The notes under the pieces: generated by a model
What the model was told of the DNA's origin: nothing
Databases searched by the model: none
The model's input: only the letters and a program-made list of their open reading frames with translations
NCBI GenBank assembly: GCA_964016885.1
Contig: OZ024742.1
Coordinates: 339,822,001-339,886,000 of the forward strand
DNA: 64,000 nucleotides
Direction of reading: 5' to 3'
Source: Eledone cirrhosa
Taxonomy: Eukaryota
Translations under genes and position numbers: made by a program
Shown: in pieces, positions 1 through 11,554 of the stretch
Layout: the number at the start of each line of letters is the position of its first letter
How positions within the stretch are numbered: position 1 is the first letter of the stretch

Positions 1-169
1 TACATGAATTAGTAAGGAGCAGGAATAAATAAATAAATGAATAAGAACAAAAAATACAAAGTCAAAAACAAAATAAAGACAAAAAGGAGACGTGTTGACG
101 ACGATAAGTATGAGTGTAAGGGGGAGGAGGGGATAACAACAACTTAAAAATAAACAAATTCATGAGATG

Positions 170-272
170 TGCATATACATAAATATATATATATATATAC
201 ATACATATACACGCACACACACATATACAAGCATAAATACTCATACACACGTATAAAAACACACACACATAT

Positions 273-329
<57 letters not shown>

Positions 330-745
330 CAAAAATATAAAATAAACATACGTAGACATACACATGCGTGCAAAAATACATATACACATACACATACACA
401 CGCATACACACGTATATATAAACATACATACAACCATACACACACACACATCCACATACATACATATAAAAGCCTACAAGAAAGAGCATTGGTTCATAAC
501 CTACGTACATACGTATACAAATGCGTGCGCGCACACGCACGCAATAAGAAATCAACATACGCATACACAAAACCCATACGTAAATCCATACACACATAAT
601 AACCCATATATACAAAAGCATATATACATACGCATACACACACATATACGTAAATACATACATATAACCATATATAAATATAATATAAACATATACATAC
701 ACCTACACATATATATACACAAACATATATATATATGTTTGTGTG

Positions 746-802
<57 letters not shown>
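170..802. repeat. Compound (TA)n/(CA)n/(TACA)n microsatellite
   Basis: Runs of TA, CA and TACA seen directly; the overlapping ORFs are YI/HT/CV repeats. Confidence 0.95.
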
Positions 803-805
<3 letters not shown>

Positions 806-1384
806 TAAATAATCAAAACGCTATAAATGTATGTACACATAAGCCTGCCTGGATATGCGCCCGCATACAACCCTATGTGAGTACATTTAAAAACCTAGTG
901 AGTAAGTAAGGACAAAAGGGGAGTAAAACTGAAATAAAATAATATACACAATTATTAAGCACAAGTAAGGGGGGGAAAAGTGTTGTAAAAGGTTTGTGAT
1001 GAGATCTAGATAAGGGTATCTGGTTAAAAAGTGAACTGAGTAAAGGATAAGGTGGTGGGTGTGTATGTGTAAAAGGTAAGGTAGAAAGTAGGGGGGGGGG
1101 GATTATAAGTCAGCTGAAAAAAATGATTAAAAAAAAAAATGATAAAAATTAAAAAAAAAATGATAAAAATAAAAAAAAAAAAAAAAAAAAATAAAGAGAT
1201 ATATAGAAGGAGATGAGGGAGAAAAAGTATATATGGGTAGAAAGTATGAGGTCATAAGGTAATGATATTGGTGGTGAGTGGAAGGCGTGATGAGTAAAGA
1301 AGAAGCTCAAGGTGGTTGAGTAATTGTAGGTATGTTAATCCAGTTAAAAAGTAGATGCGAGTTCAGGTGCGGACAACATCTGAA

Positions 1385-1806
1385 GTGGTGGTGGTGGTGG
1401 TGTGGTGGTGGTAGTGGTGCTTATGGTGTTGGTGGTGTTGGTAGTGGTAGTGGTGGTGGTGGTGGTGGTGGTCGGTGGTAGTGGTGGTGTTGGTAGTGGT
1501 GGTGGTGGTAGTGGTGGTGGTGGTGGTAGTTGTAGTGGTGGTGGTGGTAGTGGTTGTGGTGGTGGTGGTGGTGGTTATCGTGGTGGTGGTGGTAGTATTG
1601 GTGGTGATGGCGGTGGTGGTGGTGGTGGTGGTGATGGTGGTGGTGGTAGTGGTAGTGGTGGTGGTGGTGGTCGGTTTGTAGTGGTGGTGGTGGTGGTGGT
1701 GGTGGTTGTGATTTTTATGGAGTTAATAGTGGTACAGATAGTATCAGTGGTGGGGTGGTTTCGATGATTTAGTCAGTTTTGTTGTTGTTGTTGTTGTTGT
1801 TGTTGT
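1385..1806. repeat. (GTG)n-rich trinucleotide microsatellite with short (GTT)n
   Basis: Degenerate GGT/GTA repeats; the poly-V and poly-G ORFs are artefacts. Confidence 0.95.
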
Positions 1807-1962
1807 ATCGTGGTGAACTGTTAGCTTAGCTTTCATTAAATTTCATCAAAGATGGAGTGAAAATATTCACTGAAATCGATAAAATTGAAAATTTGGAAAA
1901 ATCAAAATAAAAAAAAAAGTATTTAAAAGGAAAACAATCCCATAATATTTCTTTTTAATGTT

Positions 1963-2248
1963 TTCATCATCATCATCATCCTTCTCCCCCCCTCCTCCTC
2001 ATCACCATCATAGCCACCACCACCACCACCACCACCATCATCAACATTCTCATCATCCCATCTTAATAATCATCGTCGTCATCATCATCATCACCATCAT
2101 TATCCCCACCATCATCATCATCAACAACAACATAATCAACATCACCATCATCATCATCAACATCATCATCATCTTCAAAACTACAACCATCAATATTACC
2201 CCCGTTACCACCACAACAATACTGCTGCTGCAGATGATGGTGATAGTC

Positions 2249-2279
<31 letters not shown>

Positions 2280-2299
2280 CCATCATCATCACCATCATC

Positions 2300-2331
<32 letters not shown>

Positions 2332-2379
2332 CATCACCATCATCATCACCATCATCATCACCATCATCATCATCATCAA
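1963..2379. repeat. (CAT/CAC)n microsatellite
   Basis: Seen directly. Confidence 0.95.
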
Positions 2380-2495
2380 CACCCGTCTTCTCACCCTGTC
2401 CTAATTACTTTCGCTACCATATTTAATCATCATTGTCAGCAATGTCAGAGTTGTCCTTGGAGGCGGCGTCATCACTGTCATCATCAAAGTGTAGA

Positions 2496-2736
2496 GTGAT
2501 GGTGATGATGATGGTGGTGATGATGATGGTGGTGATGATGATGGTGGTGATGATGATGATGGTGGTGATGATGATGGAGATGATGGTGATGGTGGTGGTG
2601 GTGATGGTGATGGTGATGATGGTGATGATGATGGTGGTGGTGATGATGGTGATGGTGATGGTGATGATGATGATGATGATGGTGATGGTGGTGATGGTGA
2701 TGGTGATGATGGTGATGATGATGGTGATGGTGATGG

Positions 2737-2771
<35 letters not shown>

Positions 2772-3182
2772 GTGATGGTGATGGTGATGATGGTGATGAT
2801 GATGATGGTGATGGTGGTGGTGGTGATGGTGATGGTGATGATGATGATGATGATGGTGATGGTGGTGATGGTGATGGTGATGGTGATGGTGGTGATGATG
2901 ATGATGATGATGATGGCGGTGATGATGATGGTGATGGTGATGGTGATGATGATGATGATGATGATGATGATGGTGATGGTGGTGATGGTGATGGTGATGG
3001 TGATGGTGATGATGGTGATGATGATGATGATGATGATGGCGGTGATGATGATGGTGATGGTGATGATGATGATGATGATGGTGATGGTGATGATGATGGT
3101 GATGATGATGAGGATGGTGGTGATGATGATGGTGATGGTGATGATGGGGATAATGATAATGATAACGACTATGATGATGATG
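2496..3182. repeat. (GAT/GGT)n microsatellite
   Basis: Seen directly; reverse-complement class of the preceding (CAT/CAC)n tract. Confidence 0.95.
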
Positions 3183-3439
3183 AATATAGAGATGAAATAA
3201 ATGAGAATGAAATTGAAATAAATAATAAAAAAATATCTAAAAATATTTAAAGAAAGGGGAATTAACTCCTAATTGCCTCTCATTTTGTAATTTCTAGAGC
3301 ACCATCTTGTTCAGCGCCATTAACGATCTAGGATGGTTTAATAGGAAAAAAATTAGATGGGTCGGAATTTTGTTTCGCGACGGAAATTTAATGAACATTC
3401 TTTTCTAAATTAGGAATATATATGTATATTTATCTATAT

Positions 3440-3494
3440 ATCTGTCTATCTGTCTATTCATCTGTTTGTCTGTCTGTCTGCCTGCCTGTCTGCT

Positions 3495-3543
<49 letters not shown>

Positions 3544-3552
3544 CTCCTTCCC

Positions 3553-3635
<83 letters not shown>

Positions 3636-3640
3636 GTCTA
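3440..3640. repeat. (TCTG)n/(TC)n/(TCTA)n microsatellite
   Basis: Seen directly; abuts the presumed 5' end of the Tx1 element. Confidence 0.95.
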
Positions 3641-3852
3641 TTTAGACGTTGTTTACTTCGCTCCGAAGTTTTTGTAAATTTATGGTGGAAAAACCGTAAG
3701 TTTTTGTTCAATTTTTATATTATTGTGTAGCTTGACCCTCCGCCTGGACCTTCAGGCTGTGGCTCAACTCATTGTCCCCCCCCCCCCCGGGGGGTGGGCG
3801 AAATATTCGTTTGAAAATTTTATCTAGCGAATTTTGAAAAAAATATCGTAAG

Positions 3853-5863
3853 ATGATTGCTTACACGATGAACGCTGCGTTTGGCGATAATAGTGGTGGA
3901 GAGTCGATAAGACTACATAGCTCGCAGTCAACATCGTCTTCTTCCCTTTCCTTCTCCATAGATACTTTGCAGATGGAAAGAAGAAACCAAATTGTAAAAA
4001 AGAATTCAAATCCAAATGACACCAAACAGCACAATGACAACACCAATAATGATGATAAAAACAACAATGACAACAACAACAAAGCAAAAAATAAAGACAA
4101 CACCAATAATACCAGCATCAAAGACAACAACCACACTAACACCAAGGAAAATACGAACAATATCAACATCAGTGACAACAAGAACAACAAAAAACAAGAA
4201 CAACAATAATCACAACAAGAACAACAACACCACCAACAACAACAGCAACAAGAACTCCACAAACAAGGAAAAGATTTCTTTTGCACAAACCGTCCCCAAA
4301 ACGGAACTATTTACATTCCTTGACATCTCCAATGCTAGGGAATTGTTAAGTGATGCAAAGCAGTATGTAACTTTTGGTGAGAGTGGTGCTTTCAGCATCA
4401 CTTCTCCTCAACAGTTACGTAGAGAAACTATCCTAAAAACAATAATTTTTAGTATAGTTTCAAATGTGTCAAAAAAACCCAGTCCAATTATTACAAAACG
4501 ACATTGAACTGGTTCTGAAAATTTCAATGAAGGATATTGCCTTCATCCAAAAAGGTAAACTTTTTGGAAGCATTTCGGTGTTGATGAAAGACCAATTGAC
4601 GGCACAAAAATATTCTCTGCCGCAATTGTGTCCCCCCTTTACACCTTTTTCCCCACATGTATAGGAAAAAGACCCCGAAAATTAAAATTTTGAACATTAC
4701 ACCAAATGTAAACGTCTGGTGGATTTTGAGTCTTCATCAATTTCGATGAAGACACCATCATTTCAGTGGGAAAGTCCTCCAGAGGCACATTCAATGGTAC
4801 AAGCCTGGAAGGTCTGGTCCAAATGAGGCAAGAACGGATAGCTAAAATACCCCAACGTGTGTCTCTGGATGGGATTTCATACATAAACATTTCTGTTGAC
4901 GGTAGGCGGTCTTCATGTTACCACTGTTTAAGCAGTGGTCACCTGAAGGCTTACTGTCCTCAGCTAGCTGCCAAAAATAAAGAGGCACTACTGCCAACAC
5001 CCAAAACAATAACACAACGACCACCACCACCACCACCACCACCACAACAACAACAACAACAACACGCAAACATAACCAAAACAAGAACAACAAACCAAAC
5101 TGCAAGCACAGTCCCACCCAACCCACTCCACCTAAAACCACTGCAAAAACACACACAAACACAACAGCTCCTCAAAACATACCCCTTCCAAATAACACAG
5201 ACACCACAACGGACGTGGCCCCTTCATCATCAGCAAGTGACGATGAGAGCCTCTCCGTTCGAAAAGAAAGAAGAAAAGACACCACAAGAACAAAAAAAGC
5301 AACAAACATCACTACAAGCATACAACCACCAACACAAACAACACACACATTACAAACAACCGCCCCCCGCCCCGAAAACAAAACCAGGACATCACTCCAA
5401 ACACAAACACCTACGAAAAAACGAAAGCACACACAAGAACTACAGACAAAAACAAACACAGCACAAGAAAATTACACTTACACATACCTAAACACTGAAA
5501 ACAAAACACTAATGGAGACCATCACGAACAACCCTTCGGTGAAAACCGAAGGAAAAACTTTCGCACACTCTAATAAAAATAATAAAAAAACCGAACCTAA
5601 AACTGATTAGGGTCCCTATACAAACTTATAGGTCCCTAAAAGAAACATTTGAAAAGGATGTGGGGAATTCCTGCGTGAAACCACTTAACCGCGTCCTTCT
5701 CAAATGTCTCCCCACCCCAGACACCCCATCCCACCAGACACCCCCTCTCCACCAAACATCTCTGTCCTCACCCACCCCGCCGGAAACCACCACCCACCCA
5801 GACAACCCCTCCAACACCGCCATGGAAATCGTGCAGCCTGGTCCCCAGGAGATGAAGAGGTGA
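3853..5863 (+). pseudogene. Tx1/L1 ORF1 (gag-like, zinc knuckle), frameshifted
   Basis: IPQRVSLDGISYINISVDGRRSSCYHCLSSGHLKAYCP contains CX2CX4HX4C in typical ORF1 context. The coding region is split over several frames with low-complexity N/T/Q/P linkers. Confidence 0.75.
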
Positions 5864-5900
5864 GTGATTTCTTTTCTTCTTTTAACTTTTCAGCACCAAC

Positions 5901-8241
5901 ATGGCCAATATAAGAGTTGGATGTGTGAATGTACGCGGCCTGGGGATGCCCTGGAAACAGGGCAAACTCTTAAACGACCTCAGGTCGCACAGTATGGATG
6001 TAGTAGCGATTTGCGAGTCCAGGATCCACAGCGAGTGACAGCTGACCCCCATCTTCGACGACCTGGAGATCTACGCATCGCTCTGTCAGCCGGGAGGTGT
6101 GGGCGGGGTTGCCGTTTTGCTGCGGAAACACCTGGACCTCGTAACACAGACGGTACATCTGGATCCGGAGGGTCGACTGGTGGTCCTAGACGTTGACGGT
6201 AGTGAAGGTGGAGCCTTCAGGCTGGTGGCCGCATATGCCCCATCCGGTACACCGCGGCCAGACTTCTTCAAACGTCTAGAGACTTTTCTGGACACGTCCC
6301 GCTCCTTGCTTTTAGTGGGGGACTGGAATGGAATTCTAGATGCACGTTAGGACTATGTGGGAGCATGTCCCGATAAAGTGGGGTGTAACAGCCTCAACCA
6401 GTTAATCGGCCGATTTGACCTGGCCGATAGATATCGACTAGATTTTCCGACTGTGCCACTGTGGACGTGGACCAACCATAGCAGAACATCTAGATCGTAC
6501 CTAGATAGGGTTCTAGTTAGAAATAAAGATAGGGACATGTTAAGCTGTCCACAAATGTTCATGGTTGCCTATTCAGATCACAAACTAGTGACCTGCATGT
6601 TCAACCTTGATAGAACCCATAGAAAAGGACTCGGCTACTGGAAGCTGAACTTGTCGTTACCGACATGCAAAGCCTACAGTAGATGGATTAGCACTTTAGT
6701 TAAAAAGCACTTGACAGGGACCATTGTCAACAACAGATGGTGGTACTCTCTCAAGAGGGAAGTTAGATTAGACTCGTTAGTTTTTAGTAAAGAATTAGCG
6801 TTAGATAGAAATAGGACCGAGAAGGAACTGGTAGATAAAGTAGAAGAGGCAATTAGAAGTGGCAACGTAGCCAGCGTGCTAGCAATGAGAACGGCCTTGG
6901 ACCAGTTCTTCGACACAAAGCACGAAGGCTGCGTTGTCAGAAGCAAAATACGTGCTCTGGGTAACGAGGGAGCCAAAGCTGTTAGCTGGGCCCGGGTGAT
7001 GGAGGTGAAAAGTGGCAACAAGTCCACGATTCGGTCTTTTAAGGAACAAGACGGACGCGTGATACGTGAGTCGAAGAAGATGTGCGCGGCCTTTCAGCGG
7101 CACTTTGCTCAGCTGTTCGGGCAGCGTGGCGCGCCGGGAGAGGCTATGGATTTCAGTCCATACCTCGACGGCCTGCCACGATTCTCGGACAGCGAGGCGA
7201 AGTTGTGCGAAATGCCGATTTCAGCCGCTGAGATAGGAGACGCGCTGAGCCAATGCGGCAAAAGCAAATCTCCAGGTCTCGACGGTCTACCCAACGAATT
7301 TTACGTAGAAATGCCGGACTTATTCTCCGGTCTCCTGGAAGCGGTCTACTGCAACTGGCAGCAGAACGAGAGAATTCCCAGTTCTGTGATCAGGGGCGTA
7401 GTCACGCTAGTCAGGAAGGACGAGAATAAGAGGGATGACATAGGCAACTTCCGGCCCATAACTCTGCTAAACACAGAGTTACAGATTTTGGCCAAGGTGT
7501 TGGCAAAGAGGCTGGCACTTGTCGTCAAAAACCTGGTGGGAGAAGCGCAGACATGCGCAATCCCGACCAGGTCCATAGACGACAACCTCCACCTCCTGCG
7601 ATACATCGTAGAGAGGGTTGGGTGTAAACCCGGCATCGGTGGGGCCCTGATAAACTTGAATCAGTCTAAGGCTTTCGATAGGGTTGACCATCGTTACCTG
7701 GATGCGGTGCTCGAGGCGGCAGGCTTCGGATCCGTGTTCAGGGGCTAGATTGCTGCAATGCACAGCAGCAATTTTTGATCAAGGGTCAAGGTGAACGGCT
7801 ACCTCTCGGAGCCGTTCCATATCACGCGATCCATTCGACAGGGATGCCCTCTCTCCTCCCTTCTGTACGTACTGACTCTCGAGCCACTACTGCTTAAGTT
7901 GGAGCTATTGCAGAGCATCCCTCTGGAACCGGGATTGCGAAAAGCGGCGTCGGCCTACGCCGACGACGTGACAGTAATGGTGTCGAGCACCTCGCAAATC
8001 GAGGAAGTCGGCACCTTACTGAAGGAATACGAAAGGATCACAGGAGCGAAGCTGAACCGGGAGAAGTCCATCGGTTTGCAATTCGAATAGTGGAGAGGCA
8101 AACCGATGCCTTCCGATGGCGTCGTCGGACGCTCGACGGAAGGACCGGTAAAGCTGCTCGGGGTCTGGTTTGATCTGGACCTCCAGGTGGAGAAGAACTG
8201 GAACGAGGTGACGGCCAAGGTGTTTGCACTCACCCAGAAGT
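5901..8241 (+). pseudogene. Tx1/L1 ORF2 (APE endonuclease + reverse transcriptase), disrupted
   Basis: ATG at 5901 gives MANIRVGCVNVRGL. Motifs include GVAVLL, AAYAPS, GDWN, SYLDRVL, SDH, WKLN, KSPGLDG, FRPITLLN, KAFDRVDH, RQGCPLS and YADD. Several in-frame stops (e.g. 6348, 7746, 8088). Confidence 0.93.
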
Positions 8242-8344
8242 ATACGTCTGTATACATATATGTATGTACGTGTACATACTTATATTTAAGTAACAGCCGT
8301 ACTAAGAGTGGGAAATGAAATTTCGTTTCATTTTTTCCGTTTAT

Positions 8345-8480
<136 letters not shown>

Positions 8481-8544
8481 CAATTAAATAGAGGGTTTAT
8501 GAAACTACCAGTCCTATGATATTCGACTAAAGCATATATTAAAT

Positions 8545-9510
8545 ATATACAACATACTCATGCAGAACCTTCCATAAGTCCCGTGTGTGGCGGTCGTATG
8601 TTTCTCCCTGGGCCACGAAAGAAGCACAATTTCTCGAAGACCTGCCGCATATTGAATATTTTGTCGGCTTTGCTACATTCATCAGTTAACTTAGATTAGA
8701 CAATATCCCTACAGCTCTTTTCCAGTCACTTAGCATAGAATTTACTGGAGAGACTTAATGAGATTCTTCTTTTATTTGAGAAATTTCCCTTGTCTCCCTT
8801 TCTGAAAATTGGGGCTATCACTCCCGATTGACATTGTTTTGGTGCCTTCCCAGAGATCCAGGCCACTCGAAACACGAACTAGCCAGAGCATACCTTCGTT
8901 ATTTAAGGCTTTTAACGTCTCAGATCTAATTTAAACCTCCTCAGATGCCTTTCCACATTTGAGCGCTTTAATTGCTATGGTGAGCTCAGCCTCCTTAGCT
9001 CTTGATACACCTCACGTACATGAGATATTATTGTGTTCCTTATAGTAGGTGTGGTAGGAGACTTCTTATTACGAATAGGTAGTTGGTCTACCAGAATACT
9101 TTATTTGCTGATCTAAAGTCAGATTCCAGCTAAACTCCTAAACCCTCGCATGTCTTAACCTTGGACACCTTTTCTGTCTCTGCTGCGACTTGTCATACTT
9201 GCTTATCCTACGACTGCATGGGAGACTCATTTCTAATCAAGCTTTGTAAGCCCCTTTACCCACCTGGCCTCTTTAACCACCTGATTATATCAGGGGGTAC
9301 TCCTGCCACCCAGTGTTACAGGGAATACCATTCTCCTGCAGCATTTAACAGCTGCCAAGCTGAACAAACTTCATACCATTTCAACGTCCTCAGTTTGCTC
9401 AGGGACTTCTCTGAATTTGGATGCAATAGTATCCATATACCTGGTCGGGACCTCCTCATCAACAAGAGCCCCACCACTTTATTCTGTAGATCGAGCTGGA
9501 CTAGACTTTA
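8545..9510 (-). mobile_element. RTE-clade LINE fragment (EN-RT linker to RT domain 3), degenerate
   Basis: Manual minus-strand translation across frameshifts gives YRIKW..., SDFRSANKVFW, IKALKCGKA, VAWISGKAPK..SGVIAPIFRKGD, YDR..RDLWKVLHEY. Confidence 0.8.
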
Positions 9511-9904
9511 GGTAGTCTCACGCAGCAAATAAATAGATGGAGATTAGTTGACAGCTAAGCTCCTCTCTTAACACGAACACCTAACACAGAATTGAAGAAA
9601 TGAGAGACATATAAAAAGATCAATTATTGATCTCTGTTCCTGATTTCTCTTATACCATATTTATTTATTGCTCCTGATTTCCCTTATACCAAATGTATTT
9701 ATGGATGTATTTGTTCTGGAAGAAGGTGTTCATAATAGAGAACCCATTGCTAGAACAGAAGACACTCCGTTCGCATTTTCATAGGGGTAACCATTCCTTT
9801 CTATTAATCCTTTCCATGTCAGATGACCAGATCCAGCACGTGCATGATGTCTCGAATTAGGACACATAACGCAGTTGCTTTTTCCCTTGAATACCCTATA
9901 AAAA

Positions 9905-10615
9905 TGCCCTGTATTTTTGTTCGGATAAATTGTGCTAAGTCAAAACCATTAAATGTGGGCGTCGGTCTACACCGAGGGTGCGTTTTGTCACCTCTTCTGT
10001 TTGTAATCTTGATGAATAAGATTGACATGGAAGTTTCCGGTCTGGAAATGGTATCAAAATTGGCAGGTGTAAAATTAGTCAACTGGAATTTGCAGACGAC
10101 ATGATAGTACATACATCGTCGGAAGGTGATCTCTGTCATACACTGAATAGGTTTGCTGCCGAGTCCTGCACGGCTGGAATGAAAATCGGTGCTGCAAAGA
10201 CAAAGACTCGATCTCACAATGAAGACTGCGCAATGCACTCTGCATGTGAGTGATATTACACTGAAGTATCTCAGGGCCGTATTCACGAGTGATTGAAGGC
10301 AAGAGGCTGAAGTAAGTGCAATAATTACAGAAGTTGGTGCAGTAATGCGTTAGCTTCAGCTTTCGGTAATTAGAATGGAGGTAGGCGTAAAAGCCAAACT
10401 CGTTATCTTCAATATGGTATTCGTGTCAACCCTTACCTATAATCATAAATCTTGTGTAATGATTGAAAGAATACTATCGCGAATATAAGCGACAGAAATG
10501 GAGACCCTCCTAGGGGTCTTTGGAGCAACGTTACTCGATAGGGGGCGTAGCTCGGAAATCAAAGAGTCATTACAGGTAGAGTCGCTACTCCTCCGAATCT
10601 CAAGGAATGTCTGCA
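9905..10615 (+). mobile_element. RTE-clade LINE fragment (RT domain 4 onward), degenerate
   Basis: SKPLNVGVGLHRGCVLSPLLF, then frameshifted FAD, KYL-GAVF, IFNMVFVSTLTY and ERILSRI*ATEM. Confidence 0.85.
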
Positions 10616-10621
10616 ACGTCT

Positions 10622-10761
10622 GTCGACGGAATCCCACTCACAAAGCATTGGTCAACCCGAAACTCTAGTAGAATACACTTGCAGAAGGTACCACTCATGT
10701 GGAGTCCATAACCCCGTGGTTATCAAAAGAACTGCATAACCACCCAGCTATGCTTGTGCTT
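10622..10761 (-). mobile_element. tRNA-derived SINE 5' portion
   Basis: The reverse complement reads like a tRNA head (gctgggtggtt...gaacc/gactcc) followed by ttgaccaatgctttgtgagtgggatt, similar to the SINE at 23600-23750. Confidence 0.55.
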
Positions 10762-10997
10762 ATGTATATATGTATATTTGTTTGATTATTTCTTTGGTTA
10801 TAAGCACTTGCATAAACTTGTATTGGAAACATGAATATAACTAAAATTTTACAATTCTCAGACACGTCTTTTATCTACAACGATCTTTTCTATTGTGTCA
10901 TAGAAACTACAGTATCCTCTTTCATTGAAAATATAAATAAATATGAATAGACGCGAATAAATATTAATATTTATTTAAAATACGGCTAGTGTTTTTA

Positions 10998-11111
10998 AAT
11001 ATATATATATATGTATTATTCATATTTATTTATGATTTCACTAAAGTAGTATAAACAAACACAGACGTATATATATATATATATACATGTACACAAACTT
11101 GTGTGTGTGCA

Positions 11112-11199
<88 letters not shown>

Positions 11200-11236
11200 C
11201 GTATATATATACGTATATATATACACACACACACAC

Positions 11237-11334
<98 letters not shown>

Positions 11335-11373
11335 ATATAAATATATATATATATATGTGTGTGTGTGGGTGTG

Positions 11374-11450
<77 letters not shown>
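10998..11450. repeat. (TA)n/(TG)n microsatellite
   Basis: Seen directly. Confidence 0.95.
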
Positions 11451-11454
<4 letters not shown>

Positions 11455-11554
11455 GGTTCGTTTTACTTATGGCAACGCATGTGATGCCGGCGCTGGTGTC
11501 TGTTTTTCTCAGTATTTCTATTAGTGCATTACTTTTGATGTTGTTGCTGTGGCC

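Larger units (their letters stand above)
3641..8241 (+). mobile_element. L1/Tx1-clade non-LTR retrotransposon, 3'-truncated and degenerate
   Basis: ORF1 with a CCHC knuckle, followed by ORF2 with APE endonuclease and RT motifs. It ends abruptly after RT domain 7 at ~8240. The 5' boundary is approximate. Confidence 0.9.

Noticed and set aside
3725-3812. HDV-like ribozyme in the Tx1 5' region (hairpins + GGCGAA)
   Set aside because: I could not build consistent P1/P2/P3/P1.1 pairings.
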